Source: Candidatus Electronema halotolerans
GTDB taxonomy: Bacteria; Desulfobacterota; Desulfobulbia; Desulfobulbales; Desulfobulbaceae
Assembly (NCBI GenBank): GCA_942493095.1
Contig: OW818675.1
Location: 2,040,001-2,072,000, forward strand
Direction: 5' to 3'
Length of the DNA: 32,000 bases
Positions 11,350-17,363 of this stretch are shown here, piece by piece. The notes under the pieces were generated by a model. That model did no database searches. It saw only the letters and a program-made list of their open reading frames with translations, and was not told the DNA's origin. Position numbers and translations under genes: made by a program. Each line of letters begins with the position of its first letter. Within the stretch, counting starts at the first letter, position 1.

Positions 11350-12150
11350 TCACCCTTCCTCTATCCTCTTCACCACGCCCCGCTTGCTGGTTCTAAAAAA
11401 CTCAATTAAAGAAATAACTTCCGGCGAATCAGCGAATTCTCGTTCCGCTAAAGCCAGTGAATCTTGCAAAACCATGTCCGGGGCGGCCCGGAAGATGATT
11501 TTAAAGGCTCGCTCAATGGCATCAACCGCTTCCCGACTCACACCATTGCGGCGCAGGCCGATCTTGTTCACACCAGTGATTCGCATTTGATTGCGGGTGC
11601 CGGTAAGGATGACATAAGGCGGCACATCCATCGAAATGCCGGACATGCCGCCAATATAGGTGTAGGCTCCGATACGGCAGAACTGATGCACCGCCACCAG
11701 CCCGCCCAAATTGGCATAGCTGCCCACCTCGACATGTCCGGCCAAGGTGGCAACATTGGACATGATCACATGGTCGTGGAGAATGCAGTCATGGGCAACG
11801 TGGCAATAAGACATGAGCAGGCAGCTGTTGCCGATCACGGTTCGGCTTCGACCTGAGACCGTGCCGCGATGAATGGAGACGTATTCGCGGATTAGGTTGT
11901 CATCGCCGATCAGCAGCTCGGTCGGCTCGCCTTTGTAGTGCATGTCCTGCGGCGGGCTGCCGACCGAGGAAAACGAGCCGATGCGGTTGCGCTGGCCAAT
12001 CACGGTCGGGCCGGATATCACCGCATGGGCATCAATCACAGTATCCGCGCCGATGACTACATCCGGGCCAATGACCGCATACGCTCCAATGGAGGCTGTT
12101 TCATGAATTTCCGCTTTGGGGTCAATGACGGCGGCAGGGTGTATGAGCAT
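11350..12150 (-). CDS. lpxA: acyl-ACP--UDP-N-acetylglucosamine O-acyltransferase
   Basis: 266 aa with left-handed beta-helix hexapeptide repeats (IHPAAVIDPKAEI..., IGAYAVIGPDVVIG). Sits in fabZ-lpxA synteny. Confidence 0.9.
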   Translation of the reverse strand: MLIHPAAVIDPKAEIHETASIGAYAVIGPDVVIGADTVIDAHAVISGPTVIGQRNRIGSFSSVGSPPQDMHYKGEPTELLIGDDNLIREYVSIHRGTVSGRSRTVIGNSCLLMSYCHVAHDCILHDHVIMSNVATLAGHVEVGSYANLGGLVAVHQFCRIGAYTYIGGMSGISMDVPPYVILTGTRNQMRITGVNKIGLRRNGVSREAVDAIERAFKIIFRAAPDMVLQDSLALAEREFADSPEVISLIEFFRTSKRGVVKRIEEG

Positions 12151-12170
12151 TATTCCATCCTTGCGGGCAG

Positions 12171-12629
12171 TCAGAAAAAGGTCGCCATCAGCGTGGCCTC
12201 GGCAGCAAGCGTGTCCTCAACAAAAACTTTGCCGGACATGGTGGTCAGCTTGCTCCGCTGCTTGAGGAACTCCAGCTTGTAGATGAGCTGATCACCGGGC
12301 CGCACCACCCGGCGGAAGCGCACTTTTTCCAGCCCGGCAAAATAGACCAGCTTGCCGTGCATTGAGTCATCAGAAAGATAGGCCAAAACTGTGCCTGCCT
12401 GGGCCATGCCTTCCAGCATCAACACGCCGGGCATGACTGGCTCGCCGGGAAAATGACCCTGAAAAAACGGCTCGTTCATCGAGACATTTTTCAGGCCGGT
12501 GATGCTTTTGCCGCGCTCAAACTCCAGCACCCGGTCCAGCATGATGAAGGGATAACGCTGCGGCACCATCTTGAGCACCTCTCTGATATCCAAAGGCATC
12601 TGCACAGCCTGTTCTGTTGCTTCTGTCAT
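12171..12629 (-). CDS. fabZ: 3-hydroxyacyl-ACP dehydratase
   Basis: 152 aa with LPQRYPFIMLDRV and FFQGHFPGEPVMPGVL motifs. Confidence 0.92.
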   Translation of the reverse strand: MTEATEQAVQMPLDIREVLKMVPQRYPFIMLDRVLEFERGKSITGLKNVSMNEPFFQGHFPGEPVMPGVLMLEGMAQAGTVLAYLSDDSMHGKLVYFAGLEKVRFRRVVRPGDQLIYKLEFLKQRSKLTTMSGKVFVEDTLAAEATLMATFF

Positions 12630-12750
12630 GATCGCACTATATTGAAATAAAAAAGAAATACCTTGCCAGTTCTCACAAGTTGCAGGTACACCGCCGCGCT
12701 GCGGCAGCTGACAGCATACAGTATAGGCAAAGAAGACGGTTTTGTCATGG

Positions 12751-12791
12751 AAAACTGCGCCGCAGGAGCAGTTCCGGGCGGGACGGCGCAG
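12751..12791 (-). terminator. possible terminator downstream of cbiD
   Basis: In minus sense, CTGCGCCG ... CGGCGCAG (8-bp stem) is followed by TTTTCC. The T tract is short. Confidence 0.4.
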
Positions 12792-12825
12792 GAGAATCAG
12801 CAGGATTTACAGGATAATATCCCGT

Positions 12826-13899
12826 TCAGACGGATTCAATAACGCCATCCTCTGAGGTGACAAGATATATCCGTACCGGCAGGCTGGAACGCTGTTCAGC
12901 GTACTGCTTGGCCCGCAGGCAGACCGCCCGCACCAGATCAGTCCGGCCTTGGGCCAGCAAGTGCTGCAAGATTTCTCTGGCCGTGTTGGCCAGAGCCAGC
13001 TTGGCTGCCTCGTCCTCAGCCAAGCCGAGCGCGGCGAGCAGTTCTGCCGCCTGCCGCATGTCCAGCGCACCGTGGCGGACATGGGTCTGAGGAATCTCCA
13101 AAGCGCATTTCAGCACCTTGCCCCACATGCCGGAGAGATGAATGCGCTGAAAGCCGTGCTCTTTGGCCGCCTTGAGGGCGTGGTCAAGATAATCGCCCAT
13201 CATCACCTGCACCTCTTCCGGCAGAGCAAGCAGCTTCTGGGCCGCCGCCTCTGAGGTGCGGCCTGTGGAGAGCAGCACCTCGTCCAGTCCGGCAGCGCGG
13301 GCCACCCGCATGGATGCGTCAATGGTGGCTGTCCAGGCGGCAGCGGAAACCGGGCGGACAATGCCGGTGGTGCCAAGAATGGACAGCCCGCCGACGATGC
13401 CCAGCCGTTGGTTCAGGGTCTTTTCAGCCAGCCGGGCACCGTCAGGAATGCTGATCGTGACGCGCAGGCGCAGATTTTCCTGACCCGCGTCCTGCAAGGC
13501 TTCCTGCACCGCAGCCCGGATCATACGTCGGGGCACGGGATTGACAGCTGGTTCGCCGACCGGGATTGCCAGCCCCGGTTTAGTCACCGTGCCGACTCCT
13601 TGCCCGGCTTGGATTGCGACAGCCTCGCCCGCGCCGCCTGGCTCCTGCAAGCTGACTGTAGCGATGATCTCCGCACCGTTGGTCACGTCCGGGTCATCGC
13701 CCGCATCCTTGATCACCGAGGCTGAGGCAATGCCGTCCTGCACGGCGCAGTGATGGAGCGCGAAGCTGTGGCGGCTTGTGTCGGGAAAGGGAATCTCCGC
13801 CTGAGCTGGCGGCTGGCCGCGCAGCAAAGCCAGTGCCGCGCCTTTGGCAGCAGCGGCGGCGCAGGCCCCGGTGGTGAAACCGGAACGAAGTCTGCTCAT
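12826..13899 (-). CDS. cbiD: cobalt-precorrin-5B (C1)-methyltransferase
   Basis: MSRLRSGFTTGACAAAAAKGAALALL is the characteristic CbiD N-terminus, so ATG at 13899 is preferred. The longer ORF to 14052 runs through a heptamer repeat array. Confidence 0.85.
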   Translation of the reverse strand: MSRLRSGFTTGACAAAAAKGAALALLRGQPPAQAEIPFPDTSRHSFALHHCAVQDGIASASVIKDAGDDPDVTNGAEIIATVSLQEPGGAGEAVAIQAGQGVGTVTKPGLAIPVGEPAVNPVPRRMIRAAVQEALQDAGQENLRLRVTISIPDGARLAEKTLNQRLGIVGGLSILGTTGIVRPVSAAAWTATIDASMRVARAAGLDEVLLSTGRTSEAAAQKLLALPEEVQVMMGDYLDHALKAAKEHGFQRIHLSGMWGKVLKCALEIPQTHVRHGALDMRQAAELLAALGLAEDEAAKLALANTAREILQHLLAQGRTDLVRAVCLRAKQYAEQRSSLPVRIYLVTSEDGVIESV

Positions 13900-13971
13900 G
13901 TCTGCGCAGCAAAACATTGCGCAAGCAAGGTCTTGATTTTCTGAGTCAGCGGGGCGTAAATCATATAAAAG

Positions 13972-14048
13972 TGGAGAGTTAAGAGTTAAGAGTTGAGAGT
14001 TCAACCTCTCCATTCTCCACTCTGAACTGTCCATTCTCCCCTCTCCAC
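13972..14048. repeat. array of 11 phased heptanucleotide units forming an imperfect palindrome
   Basis: Plus-strand units in constant 7-nt phase are TGGAGAG TTAAGAG TTAAGAG TTGAGAG TTCAACC TCTCCAT TCTCCAC TCTGAAC TGTCCAT TCTCCCC TCTCCAC. The left units are reverse complements of the right-hand CTCTCCA-type units. Confidence 0.8.
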
Positions 14049-14052
14049 TCAT

Positions 14053-14082
14053 TTAATTCCCGCCGCGCACACCAACTGAACC
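14053..14082 (-). pseudogene. degenerate relic of the conserved 3' end of a DUF1566 gene (IMH-like block)
   Basis: ttaattcccgccgcgcacaccaactgaacc versus tcactgtccgccgcgcaccaaccgaacc at 16651 gives 23/28 identities with a 2-nt indel. Upstream similarity is only faint. Confidence 0.4.
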
Positions 14083-14230
14083 TTGCGGCAGTCTTTTGCA
14101 GATTCGTGGAGGTCGGTTTGGGGCACGAACTATCAAACTCATTTCGGCAGCAGCGGAACCAAGCAGCGCAAGGCTTGGTTCACTGATTCTGAGTCCGGGA
14201 AATAGGGGCGAAGATCAGGTTATAAAATAA

Positions 14231-15278
14231 TATAGCGGTTTCGTATTGAACAGATATCAAACCCAGCAATGACGGAAAAACGATTTGATTGATTTTGACT
14301 TAACCGTTTTCAGAGATATATCATAAGCTTCCATCAGCTCACGCTCTGTTCTCGGCTTCAATTTTCTTATAGTGTTTTTCATTACTGACCAGCAGTATTC
14401 AATAGGGTTCAGTTCAGGACGATAAGGAGGGAGGAAAATGATCTTCGCTCCTGTACTTCTGATCAAAGCGAGAGCTTCTTTGTTTTTATGAGGACTGGCA
14501 TTGTCAAGAACGACTGTCTTGCTGCTGTCAAGATATTTCAAAAGATAATTTTTTATATAGAAATAAAAGACATCTCCTGTCATGGTGCCTTTAAATTTCA
14601 TGCACTTCAATATTTTTCCAAACTTTACAGCTCCTATCATGCTTATTCTTTTCCCTTTACCTGAAGGTCTTTTTGAAAAAGCTCTTGTTCCTTTTCTTGA
14701 TCTTGCAAATTTTCTCGACATGTTCAAACAGCATCCTGTCTCATCAATAAAGATGAAATTCTTTTTGTCAGCCTCGAGCAGGCCTGCAAGGTAATTAACT
14801 GTCTTTGCTATATTTTCCTCTTTATACGCCGCCGGATCGCGGAAAGTTTTTTTTCCGGCTGATTTTCAGTCTGGCGAGAGTTTCGCACAGCGTGGAAGGT
14901 GCTATTTTTAAATTGAATTTCTCGTATAAGCGATCACACATCTCTTCAAGCGTAAGATCGTTCTCGTCATCAATCATGCTGGTCAGAAAAGGCATATGAA
15001 CTTCCTTGATTTTCGGAGGATTTCCGCCTTTATGAGGCTTCGGCTCAAGCGTCCCCTCAGTCTTCCATCTTTTTACAAGACTTTGAACAAATTTATAGGA
15101 AACGTCAAGCAAATCTGCAGTTCTTCTCAATGATTTCTGTTTTTCATAAACAGACAAGACTTTCTTTCTGAAATCAATAGAATAAATCATGGCAGACCTC
15201 CGTGTGTAAAAAAATGGAAAAAACAGACAAGTCAAGTTTAATCTTTTTCTGATAACCATACAACCTGAAACCGCTATA
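14231..15278 (-). mobile_element. IS630-family insertion sequence (~1.05 kb) with TA target duplication
   Basis: Terminal inverted repeats are TATAGCGGTTTC (14231-14242) and its complement GAAACCGCTATA (15267-15278). TA at both ends is consistent with IS630/Tc1-type TA duplication. The element is low in GC and encodes a DDE transposase. Confidence 0.85.
14257..15190 (-). CDS. IS630-family transposase, in two frames joined at an A8 tract
   Basis: orfA (15190..14822) reads MIYSIDFRKKVLSVYEKQKSLRRTADLL... (HTH). orfB is open from 14859 and reads ...KKTFRDPAAYKEE...NFIFIDETGCCLNMSRKFARSRKG...VVLDNASPHK...LPPYRPELNPIEYCW (DDE). The A8 run is at 14847-14854. Joining the frames needs a +1 (or -2) shift. 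Confidence 0.85.
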
Positions 15279-15436
15279 GTATCGTCTTTTCTCGGCATGA
15301 AGTCCTGAGTCTCGATTTCTCCGTTCTCTTTATGAACAGAAACGGAATATCCTTCCTGCATCATTTTGTGATGCTTGCCGCGCACTCCGCCTGTGAAATC
15401 GTATTCTGAGCGCATCTCTTTTCCTGTTTTTTTCAT
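15279..15436 (-). pseudogene. small antitoxin-like gene (EYDF-x-GGVRGK motif) interrupted near its 3' end by the IS630
   Basis: MKKTGKEMRSEYDFTGGVRGKHHKMMQEGYSVSVHKENGEIETQDFMPRKDDT then enters the IS. Removing the IS and one TA restores ...DDTIIL-stop (TAA at 14220-14222). Confidence 0.5.
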
Positions 15437-15506
15437 GTCAGCAGCCCTCATAGAATTGCCGTTCTGACCTGTTGCCTTGCGGCAGCTTATCGCCTGGGCC
15501 GCAGCC

Positions 15507-15575
15507 TCAGGCCTCTCTGATGTGTTTCGGAATAGTCATCTGCCCTTTTGCGGTAACTCTGAACTTGTGTATCAT
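15507..15575 (-). pseudogene. decayed AbrB/SpoVT-type (MazE-like) antitoxin N-terminus
   Basis: MIHKFRVTAKGQMTIPKHIREA is followed by an in-frame TGA. Past the TGA the same frame still reads ...PGDKL..., then reaches a second stop (TGA at 15438-15440) after ...ERQFYEGC, overlapping the start of the out-of-frame 15451 ORF. Confidence 0.35.
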
Positions 15576-15630
15576 ATCACCAATGGGCTGTTTGTCATTA
15601 CTCGACGCAACGGAACGACAGAATGTGCAA

Positions 15631-16059
15631 TCAATCTGTCGGAGGATGCAACCCAATGATAAACAACGCTTTACGAATATTAACGAGTCCTGGCCGATTC
15701 AACTTTAATGCCTGAACCGTTGCACGTCCAACCGCCGTCAGCCCGACAATGCGGCTATAATCGTGATTCCAGCGAAAGTGATCCTGCCATTGTTGTGTTC
15801 TGGGATTATACAGCGGAACGACTTTTCCGTCCGCCGGGTCGGGAGAGCGTATTTTGTTATACTTGTGCGCGTTGCATCCCGGACAGGCTAATGCCAGATT
15901 TTCCAATGCTGTTTCGCCATTCAGGCTGACCGGCATGATATGCTCCACGGAAAAGGACTGGGTTGCAAAATCAGCCCTGCTCTGGCAATACTCGCAACGC
16001 CCTTGGGCACGCTCGGCAACAGCCTGTTTTTCCGGGACGGTCACATAGCGTCTAACCAT
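15631..16059 (-). CDS. HNH endonuclease
   Basis: 142 aa with CEYCQ...EHIMPVSLNGETALENLALACPGCNAHK (HNH with Zn-ribbon cysteines). Confidence 0.85.
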   Translation of the reverse strand: MVRRYVTVPEKQAVAERAQGRCEYCQSRADFATQSFSVEHIMPVSLNGETALENLALACPGCNAHKYNKIRSPDPADGKVVPLYNPRTQQWQDHFRWNHDYSRIVGLTAVGRATVQALKLNRPGLVNIRKALFIIGLHPPTD

Positions 16060-16453
16060 AAGCGGGCGGATGAATATTTAAGGTGCTCATCAATGCTGTC
16101 ACGGATACATTACGCAATTGAGCCAGCCTGATTAATGCCTGCGCACGTTCTGCGTCTGCCAGTTCAATGTGTTCAATCAGCACCAGCAGTTCCTGCTGTT
16201 CCTCATGGGTCAGGGTTTCAGCATGACGCTTTTCTGTCAGTTCGTTATAACGCCGTTGCGTGTCCGGCGGCAAACTCTGATTGATTTTCTCCAGCATTTC
16301 AGCTTCCTGCTTGGAAAGACTCGGCGCGATACGTCTGGCACGCAAGGTCAGCACCCAAGAAACGAACTGTTCCAGATCGTTCGTTTCCAGTTGCGCGACA
16401 CCTTTGAGCAAGTTGTTGAGAGTGACTTGAGAACGCATTTCAGTTGTCGGCAT
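16052..16453 (-). CDS. hypothetical helical protein translationally coupled to the HNH gene
   Basis: 133-aa ORF with an AGGAG RBS. Its stop overlaps the HNH start by 8 nt. It is charged and helical (…EQQELLVLIEHIELADAERAQALIRLAQLRN…). I recognise no family. Confidence 0.6.
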   Translation of the reverse strand: MPTTEMRSQVTLNNLLKGVAQLETNDLEQFVSWVLTLRARRIAPSLSKQEAEMLEKINQSLPPDTQRRYNELTEKRHAETLTHEEQQELLVLIEHIELADAERAQALIRLAQLRNVSVTALMSTLNIHPPAYG

Positions 16454-16650
16454 TTTTTACTCCTTGGTAAAGCAAAACTCAGGATGTTACCGTCCTGAAG
16501 AGGCGGAAGAGAAACAGCCCGGAGGAATACTCCGGGCCGTTCTGATGCTGAGTATATCATATCACCGGTTAGGCCGTTTGTCGGCATAATCTCTTTATGG
16601 CCCCGGCCTGCATGGCAAAGATGCACGGCTGTAGCGCAAAAAAAACAAAA

Positions 16651-16776
16651 TCACTGTCCGCCGCGCACCAACCGAACCGCGTGGACGTAGTTGCGGGAGT
16701 GGGCGTTGGAACCGCCGGAGTGGAAATCGACGTACCACGCGTAGACCGAGTAGCCAGCATACGGCGACCCGGACCA
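16651..16776 (-). repeat. candidate DGR variable region (VR-A) with IMH-like 3' block
   Basis: 126 nt collinear with 17238..17363, with 101/126 identical. Differences are confined to 19 codons, mostly NNC. See finding 1. Confidence 0.65.
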
Positions 16777-17172
16777 GACAACAGATGATGGCGTATTGGG
16801 AAAACGGTTCAGGTTGATCGCAGGATTAGAGCATTGTTCCTCAACAAGAGAAATAAGCTCATTGATATTTGGTAATCTCCAATCTGTATGGCCTGCAAAG
16901 CCGCCGCTGTTATTGACAACACTTGACTGTTGAAGGGCCTCCTGCCATGTAAAAGTATCTGGTGTGCCGCTCCCGCAATCATCGCCGGAAAAACCTTCCA
17001 CGCATTTTTTCCATGTCAGGCTGGTCTTGCTGTCCGTGACTGTGCCGTCGCCGTTATCAACAAGCTGGCTGTCCGGTGTGGAAGCGGGAATAGAATCCGG
17101 TCTACAGTTTTGGGCTGCTTGGACGGTCATTGCGGAAAACATGCAGCAGAGCATCAAAAAAAACGTTCGCAT
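16651..17172 (-). CDS. secreted DUF1566 (Lcl C-terminal / C-type-lectin-like) domain protein
   Basis: MRTFFLMLCCMFSAMTVQA-AQ is a signal peptide. DWRLPNINELISLV and FPNT..WSGSPYA...AVRLVRGGQ are DUF1566 hallmarks. Confidence 0.85.
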   Translation of the reverse strand: MRTFFLMLCCMFSAMTVQAAQNCRPDSIPASTPDSQLVDNGDGTVTDSKTSLTWKKCVEGFSGDDCGSGTPDTFTWQEALQQSSVVNNSGGFAGHTDWRLPNINELISLVEEQCSNPAINLNRFPNTPSSVVWSGSPYAGYSVYAWYVDFHSGGSNAHSRNYVHAVRLVRGGQ

Positions 17173-17237
17173 AATCTGAATCCTGTTCGAGAGGGAACAC
17201 AAACCGGTGGTGCGTCACACAAGACAAAAAAACAAAA

Positions 17238-17363
17238 TCACTGTCCGCCGCGCACCAACCGGACCGCGTAGTCGTAGTGGCGGAGGTAGGCGCCGGAATC
17301 GCCGTTGTAGAAATAGACGCTCCACGCGTCGTCCGAGCCGTTCGCATAGGGCGAACCGGACCA
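17238..17363 (-). repeat. candidate DGR variable region (VR-B) with IMH-like 3' block
   Basis: Same cassette as 16651..16776. Identity continues 14 nt (TTTTGTTTTTTT(T)G) past the stop codon. Confidence 0.65.

Noticed and set aside
13972-14048. Possible decayed copy of the tRNA-Ser 3' end (att repeat). Minus-sense GAGAGGTTGAACTCTC...CTCTCCAC loosely resembles the T-arm and acceptor GTGAGTTCGAATCTCACCCTCTCCGCCA.
   Set aside because: The similarity is short (about a dozen scattered matches). It is largely explained by the GAGAG/CTCTC repeat composition and is not convincing without a statistical alignment.
13900-14052. N-terminal extension of the cbiD ORF (MSGEGRMDSSEWRMERLNSQLLTLNSPLL...).
   Set aside because: The extension is the translation of the heptamer repeat array. 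The conserved CbiD N-terminus (LRSGFTTGACAAAAAKGA) begins right after the internal ATG at 13899.
14053-14250. Considered as the missing DGR template repeat (TR).
   Set aside because: A TR should be near-identical to the VRs except at adenines. Here only the last ~30 nt align, and the rest is shorter by ~17 nt and highly diverged. It is kept only as a degenerate relic (see findings).
16568-16574. GTTAGGC, which matches the integron attC R' core (GTTRRRY), in a region of small cassette-like genes.
   Set aside because: There is no matching RYYYAAC inverse core at a suitable distance, no attC-like bulged hairpin, no intI gene, and neighbouring cassettes lack comparable sites.
16651-17363. Considered that one of the two 126-nt cassettes is the TR of the other.
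   Set aside because: At several differing positions neither copy has an adenine (GGG/GGT, CCG/CCC, TCC/CTC, CAC/TAC), so neither can be the template. Both lie inside intact coding sequences.
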